This document shows positions 40,422 through 51,155 of a DNA stretch of 64,000 nucleotides, in pieces. Where the stretch lies: assembly GCA_963674785.1 (NCBI GenBank), contig OY771555.1, positions 160,001 through 224,000 on the forward strand, read 5' to 3'. How positions within the stretch are numbered: position 1 is the first letter of the stretch; every line of letters starts with the position of its first letter. The notes under the pieces are model-generated. The model was not told the origin of the DNA, did not search any database, and saw nothing but the letters and a program-made list of their open reading frames with translations. Made by a program: the position numbers and the translations under genes. Source of the DNA: Caldisericia bacterium (lineage in GTDB: Bacteria > Caldisericota > Caldisericia > JAAYUI01).

Positions 40422-42128
40422 TTAATTTATATCATATGTGACTGTAATATCAATTCTTTTTTCGTCACCATCCCACCCAATTTCACCATTTAAGGTGTCC
40501 TGGGCAATAAATCTGAGTGGAACAAGTGTCGTACTATTTTGAATAAATGGTGCTGCATCAAGTTTTAGAAGCTGCCCATCAAGAAATGCTGTTGTTGAAT
40601 CAATCATAACAATACAAGTATGCTCTGGACCGACTACCGTTACTGATCTTGTATCACCGTCCCATTTTACCTCAGACCTCAATGACTCCGAGACAAACCT
40701 GACGGGAAGAAATGTTCTTCCATTTTTAATGGTTGGTGGAACCTGAAGATAAACCCTTACTCCATCAACATAGGCTTCAGGTTGACCAATCCACATAGAG
40801 ACTTTAATCGTTTCCTGAAGAACAAGTTCAACTTCTTTAGTCCAGGTGGTTTCATTCCCTGCAGTATCAACTGCAACCAAAGAAAGTGTGTTTGTCCCAG
40901 ATTTTAAAGGAAAACTCACTGAGAACTTTCCATCATCCACAGCCTTAACGGGTTTTGAACCATATTTAATTGTTGCACCAGGCTCAGTAATTCCATTTAC
41001 TACAAGTGGATTTTTGTGAACAACGTCACCGGGATCTGTTACAGAAAGAACCGGTTTTACAGTGTCTAATGTGACTTGAACAGTTTTTTCTGTCACTCCA
41101 CCCTTATCATTTTTTGCATAAAACTCAATCTTATTGAGTCCTTCATTGAGCATCAATTCATGCTCGAACGAACCATCAACGGCGATCTCTCTTGGCATCC
41201 TGTTGATTTTTAAGCTTACACCAGGGTTTGTTCTACCCTTAATAGTAATGGTACTCTGGTTGGTAATCATGCCTTCTTTTGGTTCATCAATTGTTATATC
41301 AGGTGGAATTACCTCTTCTACAGCTTTTTCCATAAGGTAGAAAGTACACAAAACTTCAGCAGTACCACCATTTGAATATATTTCACATCTGCTTTTATAA
41401 TTCTTATTCACCCTCAATCCTTCAGTTGGTGGATTAACAGTCAGTGAAATCTCTTTCTCATCTGCTGTAAAATTCACAGGATCAACTGAAAGCCAAGAGC
41501 TATTGCATTCGGCAGTCGCCTTCAGACCTTCTTTGCCAATGTTTTTTACCTTCGCTGTAAGAGTCTTTGAATCTCCAGGATACATCGAACCAAAATCAAG
41601 TGTTTCTGGGCTTACTGTTATTTTTGGTTTTGTTGGAGAAGAGACAACTTCAACATAAGAATCTTTTGTTGTAAGTTCGACACTTTCAAACCCTTTTGTT
41701 TTAGCGATAACCTTTTCTATCTTAATATCTGATTTTTCAGATGGTGTGAGTCCAACAAAATTAAGCATACAAATAGTTTTCAATTCAGATGGAAGGGTTG
41801 TTTTTTTATCGATATGAGAAACTGTCACCGTAACTGTACCAGATTTTGCATTATTAATCTCAGCAACAGGTTCCACTTCACCCTCGATAAAGCTTCCCCA
41901 CTCATAATCGTTGAACTTTAAAACTTTTGCCTCATAAACAATTTCAAAAGATAAGGCATAAACATCCTTGAGGTCTCTTGATCTGATGTCAACACGAAGT
42001 GTGTCATTCTTCATGATTTTCTTTAAAACTGGTTCAACCGTAAGCTCACCCTCAGATGAACTCACATATCCAGCAGAAATTATCATCATCGAACAGACAA
42101 TCACTGATAAAATTTTATTTCTCATCAT
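40422..42128 (-). CDS. Secreted modular surface protein: cohesin-like + Ig-like repeats + copper amine oxidase stalk
   Basis: YALSFEIVYEAKVLKF (cohesin-like), SPETLDFG...WLSVDP, DG.F...L.EG.N.I, GRTFLPVRFVSE. Confidence 0.8.
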   Translation of the reverse strand: MMRNKILSVIVCSMMIISAGYVSSSEGELTVEPVLKKIMKNDTLRVDIRSRDLKDVYALSFEIVYEAKVLKFNDYEWGSFIEGEVEPVAEINNAKSGTVTVTVSHIDKKTTLPSELKTICMLNFVGLTPSEKSDIKIEKVIAKTKGFESVELTTKDSYVEVVSSPTKPKITVSPETLDFGSMYPGDSKTLTAKVKNIGKEGLKATAECNSSWLSVDPVNFTADEKEISLTVNPPTEGLRVNKNYKSRCEIYSNGGTAEVLCTFYLMEKAVEEVIPPDITIDEPKEGMITNQSTITIKGRTNPGVSLKINRMPREIAVDGSFEHELMLNEGLNKIEFYAKNDKGGVTEKTVQVTLDTVKPVLSVTDPGDVVHKNPLVVNGITEPGATIKYGSKPVKAVDDGKFSVSFPLKSGTNTLSLVAVDTAGNETTWTKEVELVLQETIKVSMWIGQPEAYVDGVRVYLQVPPTIKNGRTFLPVRFVSESLRSEVKWDGDTRSVTVVGPEHTCIVMIDSTTAFLDGQLLKLDAAPFIQNSTTLVPLRFIAQDTLNGEIGWDGDEKRIDITVTYDIN

Positions 42129-42925
42129 CTCATCAACCTCTCAAGAATAACTGCAACACCATCTTCTTCATTACTTGGCGCTACAAAATCCGCTTTTTCT
42201 TTTACTGTTTCTGTTGCATTCTTCATCGCGTAAGACATTCCACACACTTCAAATGCTGGAATATCATTATCCTGGTCTCCAAATGCAACAGCATTCATCA
42301 AATTCCATCCGTTTTTTTTGGCAAGCAGCCTTAAGGCATTCCCTTTTGAAACACCAAGCGCTCCTGCCTCAAGAAATGAAGACCAAGAGCTTACGAAATC
42401 GAGTTTTCCAGAAAACTTCTCACTCAATTCATAATACAGCCCATTTTCACCCAAGGTTTCAGATAGAATAAAAACTCTTGTAGGATCTTCTTTTTTATTC
42501 CTCAAAAACCCTGAAAGATTTGGGACAACAATTGACTTCATACTGGTTCGGTACTCATACATATGAGATCTTTCATTTTCCTCTTGTATGTGAAATCTAT
42601 CTTCCAGATAAAAACCAATGAGGTCAACCCGGTCAATCATCATATCGATTAACTCAACTGTATATTCCCACGGCATCTTCTTATGAAAAATAGGGGTATC
42701 TATATCGGAATATCTTATATACGATCCCGAATAAGCAATTATCGGGCAATCGAATCCAATAATCTTAGTGTATGGGAATATCGAGGCATACCTTCTACCA
42801 GAGGCAAGCACAACCTCAATACCTTTTTCTCTTGCACATCTTAAGGCTTCAATGTTTCTTTTTGAAATATCCTTCTCATTCGAAAGCAGAGTGCCATCAA
42901 GGTCAACACAAATTAACTCGATCAT
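42125..42925 (-). CDS. Cof-type HAD-IIB hydrolase
   Basis: DLDGTLL, LASGR, SKGNAL, FGDQDND, SNEEDGVA. Confidence 0.93.
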   Translation of the reverse strand: MIELICVDLDGTLLSNEKDISKRNIEALRCAREKGIEVVLASGRRYASIFPYTKIIGFDCPIIAYSGSYIRYSDIDTPIFHKKMPWEYTVELIDMMIDRVDLIGFYLEDRFHIQEENERSHMYEYRTSMKSIVVPNLSGFLRNKKEDPTRVFILSETLGENGLYYELSEKFSGKLDFVSSWSSFLEAGALGVSKGNALRLLAKKNGWNLMNAVAFGDQDNDIPAFEVCGMSYAMKNATETVKEKADFVAPSNEEDGVAVILERLMR

Positions 42926-44313
42926 TTTTTCTTTAATCTTGAAAATGGTTTTCGGAGCTTTTTCAACAGGGCGCTCTCAGAAAGTGAAGGAACTTTTGAT
43001 TCATATGGTTCAACTGCGATACCAAATTTTGCAAAGACATCTGTATTTTGCCTGAAGTATTCAAAAATAGCTTTAACAAAAACCAAAAATGGGATTGCAA
43101 GGAGAATAGCAAATGGTCCAAAAAGTGTCGAGAAAGCAAACATCACAAACACAATCAAAAGTGGATGTGTTTGCGTAACCTTTGCAAAAAGAGGTTTTGA
43201 AATCAGGAGATCTATTGTTTGTTCAATGATAATAAACCCAATTGAATAGTAGAGGATTATGCTCCAATTTCCCGTCGGAATTGCAGAGGCAAACGCAAGC
43301 AAAAGTCCAAGCGTAAACGATAGAATCGGGCCAACATATGGAACCATCTCACCAAACGCCACTATCACCCCTATTATAAATGCCGAGGGTAGACCCAAAA
43401 TCGCACACATTAATCCTACCAATATACCCGTTGTCGCTGAAAGAAGTGACTGCGCCCTTACATACGTCCAGATTTTCTCATAAACATTTGCAAGCACACC
43501 TTTTACAACATTTCCAGTTTTATTTGGGAAAATCGAGAATAACACAGCATTGGCCAAATCCCAGTCAAGTAGCAAAAATATTGTAATTATAAGGATTATT
43601 AGCCCATTGAAGATTCCATTTGCGATCTTGCCAACAAGATTCACAGTTCCGGAAATAATTGAAGTCGCAAGTGATGAAAGCCAACTTGAAAGGTTTTGAA
43701 GTGCAGTATCAATTGTTTCAGATATCGAAGCAGATGGTGAGATAACCAAAATCTGGTATTGCAAATCATTTATTATTCCATCTAGCTCCTCAATCTCATC
43801 AGCATTTTCTACCGGATCAAGAACCGAGATTCTATTTTCGATTGAATCAATTGCGGTACCGTATGAAAGAGTTAAGGCGTTTGAAACATGTCTACCTTCA
43901 CCATTCAAGGTAAGGTTTACGATCCAACCCTCAACGGAATTTTTTATCTCATTTACATCCAACTGTTGAAAAGTATCAGCAAGCTCTGTTACCTGAGTTC
44001 CAATAACCTTTGATGCAGGAATAATAATCCAAACCATAATCGTTATGATCACAAGGAAGCTTATAACAATTGACAAAACACGAGGTAATTTCAGTTGGAC
44101 TTTTTTCTTTTTCGCGACCTTAAAACTTCCCCTGGACAAAAAGTCGACCATCGGTCGAACCAGGAAAACAAATACAAGCGAAATCAAAAATAGAAGTAGC
44201 AATGACCTTAGAAGCCAAAGACCATAAAACAACAAACAAATAAGGAGAACTACAGCGATTGCCAAAAGAACTTTTAGGAAACCGTTGAGTTCTCCTCTTG
44301 TAATTTGAATCAT
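42922..44313 (-). CDS. AI-2E (PerM) family transporter
   Basis: YVRAQ, EMVPYVGP, THPLLIVF, LLAIP pattern with multiple TM helices. Confidence 0.85.
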   Translation of the reverse strand: MIQITRGELNGFLKVLLAIAVVLLICLLFYGLWLLRSLLLLFLISLVFVFLVRPMVDFLSRGSFKVAKKKKVQLKLPRVLSIVISFLVIITIMVWIIIPASKVIGTQVTELADTFQQLDVNEIKNSVEGWIVNLTLNGEGRHVSNALTLSYGTAIDSIENRISVLDPVENADEIEELDGIINDLQYQILVISPSASISETIDTALQNLSSWLSSLATSIISGTVNLVGKIANGIFNGLIILIITIFLLLDWDLANAVLFSIFPNKTGNVVKGVLANVYEKIWTYVRAQSLLSATTGILVGLMCAILGLPSAFIIGVIVAFGEMVPYVGPILSFTLGLLLAFASAIPTGNWSIILYYSIGFIIIEQTIDLLISKPLFAKVTQTHPLLIVFVMFAFSTLFGPFAILLAIPFLVFVKAIFEYFRQNTDVFAKFGIAVEPYESKVPSLSESALLKKLRKPFSRLKKK

Positions 44314-44330
44314 TTTTTACCTGGAATTAT

Positions 44331-44579
44331 TTAGTGAAGTTCAGAATCAAATTCTTCTGTTGCTTTTTGTGGAACTCTTTTGTCAATTTCTTCTTTGACT
44401 TTTGAAGCTATTTGACCAGCAATCTTTCTGGCTTCTTTTGAGTATTCCATTCCCTTTTCATAAACGAGTTTTTGTGTGTCCTCACCTTTGGCTGGGGCAA
44501 ACATTATTCCAAGGATAAAACCAATTGCTGAACCGATAACAACACCTGCTACAAATCCGCTTCCATCTCTGTCTGACAT
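44331..44579 (-). CDS. YtxH domain protein
   Basis: FVAGVVIGSAIG...MFAPAKGEDTQK; RBS ggagga. Confidence 0.85.
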   Translation of the reverse strand: MSDRDGSGFVAGVVIGSAIGFILGIMFAPAKGEDTQKLVYEKGMEYSKEARKIAGQIASKVKEEIDKRVPQKATEEFDSELH

Positions 44580-44583
44580 ATTT

Positions 44584-44934
44584 TTAATCCTCCTTTTTAT
44601 TTCTTTTTCTTCTACCAAGCATGCTTCCCACAAATCTCATGCCATCAACGATTGACCCGAGACTTGAGATAACCGTACCAATCAATAGTACAGACTTATT
44701 AACCACAGGTTCAGCCTCAGTAACAATTGAATTAACTTTTGGCATGATCTCCGTGTTTACCGTTTTTGTCATTTTTTCGGCCTCGGATAGCGTTCTTTTT
44801 ACTTGAAGTAACATTGGTACAAGGTAAAGAACAACAACCAATGCACAAACTCCCAGAAGACCGATAAGAATCCACATCGCCGTTATTTGAACGTTCAATC
44901 TTTCAATAAGCGTCGAAACTTGCCCTTGAGTCAT
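44584..44934 (-). CDS. DUF948/YtxG-like membrane protein
   Basis: N-terminal TM helix and amphipathic coil, directly upstream of ytxH. Confidence 0.65.
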   Translation of the reverse strand: MTQGQVSTLIERLNVQITAMWILIGLLGVCALVVVLYLVPMLLQVKRTLSEAEKMTKTVNTEIMPKVNSIVTEAEPVVNKSVLLIGTVISSLGSIVDGMRFVGSMLGRRKRNKKED

Positions 44935-44956
44935 TTTTACCCACCTCACATTTCAT

Positions 44957-45128
44957 TGCCCCACAAATGCCGTGATAGCCGGGGGTTTCTGCACCCCTCA
45001 TCAAGTGGGTCGCAACTTTCATAAGGCTTATGAACCAGATCTTTACAGGCACAGTCGCCTCAAGGCTTCGCAACCCTTCCATTTACGTTAGGCAGAAAAC
45101 GTAGCGTATGCACGAACACAGCAGGGCA
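44957..45128 (-). ncRNA. ssrS: 6S RNA
   Basis: About 172-nt rod: 5' TGCCCTG..GTGTTCG pairs with 3' ACGGCAT..TGGGGCA; CCCACTTG/GGGGTGCAGAAA central motifs; promoter TTGAAC-N16-TAGAAT with extended TG upstream. Confidence 0.85.
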
Positions 45129-45177
45129 TATGAATATTCTAGCACAAACCCCAGTAAGTTCAAGCTTGATGAGCTAG

Positions 45178-45708
45178 TTATGAGAAAAATATGTTGATGA
45201 TAAATCTTATAAGACCGAGAGCAAACATCGTAAGTAGTATTGCCATCAACCATTCTGAGATTTTCCCCCATGGGAGAATTCTTGTCTGCCCGGTTGCTGC
45301 AGGGAGTCTTTTTGGTAAGTCAATTGTCAAACTTTCGCCATTTTCTATTCTTTCGATTGGAAAAGAGATCGATGGTGAATTGCCCCATTTTGTGTATAGG
45401 TTTATCTCCCAACCTGAAAGCTTTCCACAATCAACAAGTTCGAGAAGGGTGACCTCATTGCTATTAATATTTCCATTGCTTGAAACAATCTCAGTATCAG
45501 AAAAAACCGAAAAAATATGCGGTCGGGGTAGCAGTGTGGTTAAAGGATATATCACTGAGATAGACACAATCAAAAGGGCAGCCAACAGGGTGCTGTTTAT
45601 TGTTCCTAGTGGTAACCAAAGAAGAACAATTGATGGAGAGAGGGTTAGAAACCACACCCAAAAAGATGACATTCCAGACTTCGTTTTTATTGCTTTCATA
45701 ACATCCAC
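45178..45708 (-). CDS. Hypothetical membrane protein
   Basis: 176-aa ORF with 3 hydrophobic segments, 3 nt after the upstream gene's stop. Confidence 0.55.
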   Translation of the reverse strand: MDVMKAIKTKSGMSSFWVWFLTLSPSIVLLWLPLGTINSTLLAALLIVSISVIYPLTTLLPRPHIFSVFSDTEIVSSNGNINSNEVTLLELVDCGKLSGWEINLYTKWGNSPSISFPIERIENGESLTIDLPKRLPAATGQTRILPWGKISEWLMAILLTMFALGLIRFIINIFFS

Positions 45709-45711
45709 CTA

Positions 45712-46305
45712 CTAAAACAACTTCCAAAAAAACAAAACTGCGAGAGCAACAACCGATACAATCAGCCCCCAATCAACCATGTGATAACCAGCATATTGCT
45801 CAGTAAAAGTCGCATTTGGAATCGCAACTTTTATATCTTCGATCAATTCATCAGGTTTTTGAAGCTCATCCAGGGCGATAGATCCAAACAACCTGAGATC
45901 TGAACCAGTAAATATTTGAAGCTCTCTTCCAAACTTGCTTGACCTTTTGACAAGCACAATTCGAACAACATCTTCAAGCTGGACTACTTTCGCAGTAACC
46001 TGCAGAAACGTGTCGGAAAGGTAAACCCTTACGATCCCAGTTCTGAAGAAAAGCCTGGAAAGCCATGCCACAAAAATTGCCAGTCCAATAGTCCCGATTA
46101 CGTATACCCATCCAATATTCAATTTATAAAACTCCACAGGCAACAACATAGAAAACACTGCCGCATAGACAATAACTGAATAATAAAAATTGATCGGATG
46201 ACCTGAACTCAACGTATAATACTTTTTTATCTTCTCTTCTTCCACGCTCTGGATTATATGACTTGACCAAGCATAAGACAAGTTAGTAAAATGAAGCAAG
46301 TGCAA
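45712..46305 (-). CDS. Hypothetical membrane protein (start uncertain)
   Basis: 2 TM helices, a soluble region and a C-terminal TM. Confidence 0.55.
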   Translation of the reverse strand: MHLLHFTNLSYAWSSHIIQSVEEEKIKKYYTLSSGHPINFYYSVIVYAAVFSMLLPVEFYKLNIGWVYVIGTIGLAIFVAWLSRLFFRTGIVRVYLSDTFLQVTAKVVQLEDVVRIVLVKRSSKFGRELQIFTGSDLRLFGSIALDELQKPDELIEDIKVAIPNATFTEQYAGYHMVDWGLIVSVVALAVLFFWKLF

Positions 46306-48519
46306 TACTCGCTGTATGAAAAGAAGAGAACCAAGATTCCGTCACCGAGAAATGACGAAAAACTCAAAGCGCTAAGGAAATACTTTTTTGTTTCATTCTC
46401 TATTCTAATCCTCATTGTATCGGTGTTTTTAATAATTCAAATATGGCCAAAAAAACCAGAAATAAAACTGATACTTGGTACAGAAGGCGAGGTAGTTTTT
46501 GATGGGAAAAGCATCGGAATTGGAACAGAATTCACCCTCAGAAAACTCGAAAAAGGACTTCACACGATTGTTGCAAAGTCAACAGAAAAAATTCCTTTTT
46601 TACTTGAAGAAGTCGAAGAAATAAATATCCAACCTGGGGTTAAGACTGAACTTAAGATGCTTTCTGTTTGTGAACTGAGCATCAACAGCAATCCTCCAGG
46701 CGCAAGGGTAATGATCAGCTCAATAGATGGTGAATTGAATCTTGGAAAAACTCCGATCGACACAAAAATCCAATCCGGTCATTTTGAAGTTACTGTCAGG
46801 CTTCCTGGTTATCCAGAGTACAGAAAATCCATATTGACCGTTGATCTTGAACCTATCGACTTGAATATTGACTTAGAGCAACAAGCACTTTCAGAACCAG
46901 GTGCAAAAAGACTCATCAACAATCTTACAATCAAATCGATGATGCATGGGTCAAGCTTCATAATCAATGGAAAAAATTATACTTCACCTGGATCATTTGC
47001 AATTGACCCTGGAATTCATGAAACCACCTTGATATATGGGAAAAATGAGATATTCAAAACTGAAGTGGTATTCCCATCCGTAGGGAAACCAGTAGTTTTG
47101 TCTTGTCCAGCAAATATAACAAATCCATCCATCCATTTCTCAGGTAATCTTCATGTCATCCCTCAGGATGCAAGAGACATATCGATATCAAATGATGATA
47201 AATTTCTTTTTTACTCAACACCAACAAGATATATCTACGAGACGGTTAAATCAGTTGATCTTGAAACTGGAGAAACAAGATGGGTCGTTGATGTTGATTC
47301 CGCATGGGAAAACCGACCAATCATAATTGGTGGATGCAGCAACACCAGCGTATACGGGATGGCTGGAGTCCCTCCAAAATTCTCGGCCTCTCCATTTGCA
47401 ATCGACATAAGACACGGAGTTGAAAATCAGAGATTCTACAGTGAAAACTCTGCTCTTCCATTATCAGAAAAACCTATTGACCATTTGTCAACACCCACTT
47501 ATGCAGGAGTTTGGAGTGGTTATTACAAAACCAGCAAAGAGGTTACAGGGTTAGAGGTTCTAATTAAGTCTCAAAACGAGGACGAGAGATTTTTGAAAAT
47601 ACTTGATAAAGGATGGGATGCAAAATATCTGGGGTACTCAGAATCCGCAAAGGATAACTCAAAACCAATTTTCATATTTCACGTGTGGAAGGGAAACATA
47701 AACAGGCTCCTGATACTTGACCCCGAAAAAAAATTGTCGGACATCGAATTGGATAAGAACCCTAAGGAGAAAAATCCTGAATGGGTAACAATTGGTATAT
47801 CAATCCAACCTGACTTCCTCGTTTCAGATTCGCACAAAATCCCTGCGAAACATTTTCTGATATGTGATAGCAAAAACACATATGCAATCACTTATCCAAG
47901 TGGAAAGGTAAAATGGAAAAGATATTTCAATATCCCAACAACAGAAAAACCGGAATTTAAGATTATCAAGGACAAACCGGTAGTTCTATACACATTCGAT
48001 GTAAACCCATTTGAAGTCCAGCTTGACGTGAAAACTGGAAAAGAGGTAGATCGAAGAGAAAACCCAATCACTCCTCAAGAGTTTTTCAATCCAGATTCTA
48101 ATATGATGGGCATTTTTCTTAAGGAAGATAAATTATTTTCAGGGGTTTACGAAGACCCTCAGGGTGGTTTTAGCTATAGATGGGAAAAAAAGGTCGAAAA
48201 TGGACTAGCATTTTTAACTGAATGTGGTGGCATAACAATTTCTAGAGGCACCTTCACAGTTCTTGCGAGCCATGGGTTAGAAGAGATTTTATCTTTTAAT
48301 GTCCCAGGATTTGATCCAACCCTCCCATTTGACTATATCTCAACTCCAAACCATATTGCTCTACATAGTAACAATAAATGCTGGGTCATTAACCAAGATG
48401 GTCTAATTGTTGGATTTTATCAAGACATTTCAAAAATTGAGAAAGCTAATGACTCGTCAACTTATGCATTTTTAGCGGTTTCTAAAAATCAAAAACTCAT
48501 AATCCCCTGGTCGAACTAG
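46291..48519 (+). CDS. Membrane-anchored PEGA domain protein with propeller-like C-terminus
   Basis: TM anchor; LSINSNPPGARV...LGKTP...GHFEVTVRLPGY is a PEGA motif. Confidence 0.8.
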   Translation: MKQVQYSLYEKKRTKIPSPRNDEKLKALRKYFFVSFSILILIVSVFLIIQIWPKKPEIKLILGTEGEVVFDGKSIGIGTEFTLRKLEKGLHTIVAKSTEKIPFLLEEVEEINIQPGVKTELKMLSVCELSINSNPPGARVMISSIDGELNLGKTPIDTKIQSGHFEVTVRLPGYPEYRKSILTVDLEPIDLNIDLEQQALSEPGAKRLINNLTIKSMMHGSSFIINGKNYTSPGSFAIDPGIHETTLIYGKNEIFKTEVVFPSVGKPVVLSCPANITNPSIHFSGNLHVIPQDARDISISNDDKFLFYSTPTRYIYETVKSVDLETGETRWVVDVDSAWENRPIIIGGCSNTSVYGMAGVPPKFSASPFAIDIRHGVENQRFYSENSALPLSEKPIDHLSTPTYAGVWSGYYKTSKEVTGLEVLIKSQNEDERFLKILDKGWDAKYLGYSESAKDNSKPIFIFHVWKGNINRLLILDPEKKLSDIELDKNPKEKNPEWVTIGISIQPDFLVSDSHKIPAKHFLICDSKNTYAITYPSGKVKWKRYFNIPTTEKPEFKIIKDKPVVLYTFDVNPFEVQLDVKTGKEVDRRENPITPQEFFNPDSNMMGIFLKEDKLFSGVYEDPQGGFSYRWEKKVENGLAFLTECGGITISRGTFTVLASHGLEEILSFNVPGFDPTLPFDYISTPNHIALHSNNKCWVINQDGLIVGFYQDISKIEKANDSSTYAFLAVSKNQKLIIPWSN

Positions 48520-48597
48520 AAACAACTCAAAGAAGCAACATCTGAAAAGGGTTTACCAACCAATGAACACTACAACAAAACACTGTGAAAACAAGTT

Positions 48598-48726
48598 CAG
48601 CCGGGCGTGGGAGGGTCACCCGGCTGGGAGCATCCCCCTTTCAGGGGATTTTGGGAGGTGGGATCTGGGGTAGATCCCTTCACGGACCTGGGGAAATCCG
48701 CGTAGCACCAAGCTACCACACCACTG
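48598..48726. ncRNA. Unassigned GC-rich structured RNA candidate with five hairpins, probably minus strand
   Basis: CAGCCGGG/CCCGGCTG, ATCCCC/GGGGAT, GGGATCT/AGATCCC, CACGGA/TCCGCG and GTAGC/GCTAC stems in an AT-rich intergenic gap. Confidence 0.55.
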
Positions 48727-48819
48727 TATGTTTTCGATTAAAAAAAAGTTGTATCTCGTGTGTATATAACTGATTATTCCATTGTTTCTCAAAACCTGCA
48801 ATGGTAATTTTGATTAAGA

Positions 48820-50091
48820 TTACTTGTTCAGAAATAACTCGGGCATTAACCCTTTTAAAAATAACTCAGACAACTTATCAGCTGCTCGTATGTTACTGGC
48901 CCCAAGTGGATCATTGGGGTTGTTATTCAATTCAGTTTTTACAATTTGGCATTCAATAAGTCCAACATTCTGATACACCGAGAATCTTTTCATATCGATT
49001 TTTATCAAATCAGCCTGGATCTCTTCACCTTTATTTATCCGAGATAAATTATTCTCGTGAATATATTTCAAAACCTTCATATCAGTTTCTGCAACTTGAT
49101 TTGACTTATATCTCAGAATGATTCGAATCGGGAGCTCTTCATCTGGATGATGAGAAAATGCAATCCAGTCTAGTCCAATATGTCTACCACAACCTTTCAA
49201 ATTCTCCAAAATTTTCAATCGATCTTCGCTCATAACTGAGCCAATCCCAAGATTTGAAGTTGAATTCTCGAGTGTCAGTTTTGACTTTATCAAAACTGCA
49301 TTTTCCGCATCACCAATAAAAGGGATCATGTCGGCAATTTCTTTTTCAGAAGCCAGGCCAACTTCTTTTTGTCTTATCAAAACAGCAGTTTCATCTGCTT
49401 GTTCAACGTTGTTCTTCTCATAATTAAAATATCCAAACTCGGGGCTATATGGGGCAACCTGTCTTCCATAAATGGGAGATTTATTTGACCAAGGAGCAAG
49501 GAATGATGTCATAGAAGAGTTGATCAGAGGTTCAGTAGAATAACCATCCTCACTCATCGCAGGCAGAAGCTTATCACCCATCGATAGATTTCCCGCAAAC
49601 CATGTTCCACCAGAAATTGTATCATGAACCATCCAATTCCAGTTTTCAGGATCATCTATTGGTTGTTTTTGTTGATATATTCTGCTTAAAAGAAAATCTG
49701 GAGAATACATCGATGCAAGAATCAAATCAAAGTCAGATGGAGAACTTGAATAATATCCAAGTCTCTCCAGACCATGCTTTATGTTGGTAAAAGAAATAAG
49801 GTTAAAGCCAAATTTGGAAATGTCATCATTGAGGCTTGAAGGAATATATCCAAGGGCGAGTTCGGCTGTTGTTCCCGTAACTTTTGGAAGTTGAAACTCA
49901 TCAAGTTCAGGTAATTCACTCAGATTTATTGGTGACACATAATCATCAGCATTATCAACTCTTTCGCTAATATTTTGATCAACTAAGTCATCTTCTGGTT
50001 CAATTCCAGCATTACCACAAGATACGAGAGAGAGAAATGCAACAAACACAAAAACCGAAACTGCAATTTTCAAAAATCTACTAATCTTCAC
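48820..50091 (-). CDS. Hypothetical lipoprotein
   Basis: Lipobox LVSC after a hydrophobic signal. Confidence 0.65.
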   Translation of the reverse strand: MKISRFLKIAVSVFVFVAFLSLVSCGNAGIEPEDDLVDQNISERVDNADDYVSPINLSELPELDEFQLPKVTGTTAELALGYIPSSLNDDISKFGFNLISFTNIKHGLERLGYYSSSPSDFDLILASMYSPDFLLSRIYQQKQPIDDPENWNWMVHDTISGGTWFAGNLSMGDKLLPAMSEDGYSTEPLINSSMTSFLAPWSNKSPIYGRQVAPYSPEFGYFNYEKNNVEQADETAVLIRQKEVGLASEKEIADMIPFIGDAENAVLIKSKLTLENSTSNLGIGSVMSEDRLKILENLKGCGRHIGLDWIAFSHHPDEELPIRIILRYKSNQVAETDMKVLKYIHENNLSRINKGEEIQADLIKIDMKRFSVYQNVGLIECQIVKTELNNNPNDPLGASNIRAADKLSELFLKGLMPELFLNK

Positions 50092-51124
50092 TTGTCACAA
50101 GCTCCATAAAATCATTTACCATAATATCTATCGTTATATGATTGAGTTCCCCAGAGGGTTCAATTCCAAGAATGTTTTGATAATCCGTAACTGCTTGTTC
50201 CATCTGCTCATCAAAAACATCAGAATTCAATAGCGGATAACCAAGCCTTGTAAGAATAGTCCTAAAACTTCTTATCTTCTCACCGGTATCGCCAACCACA
50301 AACTTCTCAATTCCAAACTTCAAATTAGTTTTAAGATAGATTGTTAGGATTTTTCCAAGGTCAGTATCTTCTTCAACCAGTATCCGAGGGGCTCTATGGA
50401 CAATCTGTCCATTCATGTATCCTCTATCTGAAGTTACACAGCCATTTAAACCATATCTGCTTATTTCGATAATAACATCAGTTGTGTAGGCACCTTTTGG
50501 AATAGAAAATGTTCGTACTTCTTTACCGATATTATCCTCAACATCCTTAATCGATTGAGAGATTTCGTAATCAGCTCTTGATGCACTTGCCGCTGAAAGG
50601 TCAATATGATTAACTGTATGAGAACCAATCTCAAAACCTTGATCAGATATCTTTTTTAAATCTTCCCACCCTAGATAAAAAAGTGACTGATTTGGATAAT
50701 GTTTTCCCACCTTACCAGTGATAACAAAAAAGGTTGCATTAAAATCAATTGATTTCAGATCATATGAAGCCTGAAGATTGTCATCATGTCCATCATCAAA
50801 CGTGAGCACAACATGACTCAGATCGAAATCACCGGTTCCAAGTTCATCAATTGATTCAGCAAAAGATATACCCTTCATACCCATATTCTTTAAAATCATC
50901 ATCTGTTTATCAAAGGTCTCAGGTTTAATGTACATCCCCGGATGTTTTGACCCTTCAGGAGCATTGGAAACACAATGATATTCAAGAATCAACACACCAA
51001 CATCACTTGTTGGAATCTTTGGCCATAATGCTCTTGCATCGAGATCATATAGAGCATCTACACTTCCAACTGATAGAAAAACTAATCCCAAACATATTAT
51101 CAATTGTAGAATCTTCCTGCTCAT
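50081..51124 (-). CDS. Polysaccharide deacetylase (CE4/NodB) with C-terminal peptidoglycan-binding domain
   Basis: LEYH, LTFDDG, EIGSHTVNH; GDTGEKI...LTRLGY...FD...AVTDYQ. Confidence 0.88.
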   Translation of the reverse strand: MSRKILQLIICLGLVFLSVGSVDALYDLDARALWPKIPTSDVGVLILEYHCVSNAPEGSKHPGMYIKPETFDKQMMILKNMGMKGISFAESIDELGTGDFDLSHVVLTFDDGHDDNLQASYDLKSIDFNATFFVITGKVGKHYPNQSLFYLGWEDLKKISDQGFEIGSHTVNHIDLSAASASRADYEISQSIKDVEDNIGKEVRTFSIPKGAYTTDVIIEISRYGLNGCVTSDRGYMNGQIVHRAPRILVEEDTDLGKILTIYLKTNLKFGIEKFVVGDTGEKIRSFRTILTRLGYPLLNSDVFDEQMEQAVTDYQNILGIEPSGELNHITIDIMVNDFMELVTSED

Positions 51125-51155
51125 ATGACTATTTTATATCGAGATTTTTCTCGAT

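Noticed and set aside
48598-48726. SRP RNA or tRNA-Sec
   Set aside because: CAGGTCCGTGAAGG resembles the SRP loop but the AGCAG partner and long rod are missing; there is no UCA anticodon, TTC T-loop or clean acceptor stem.
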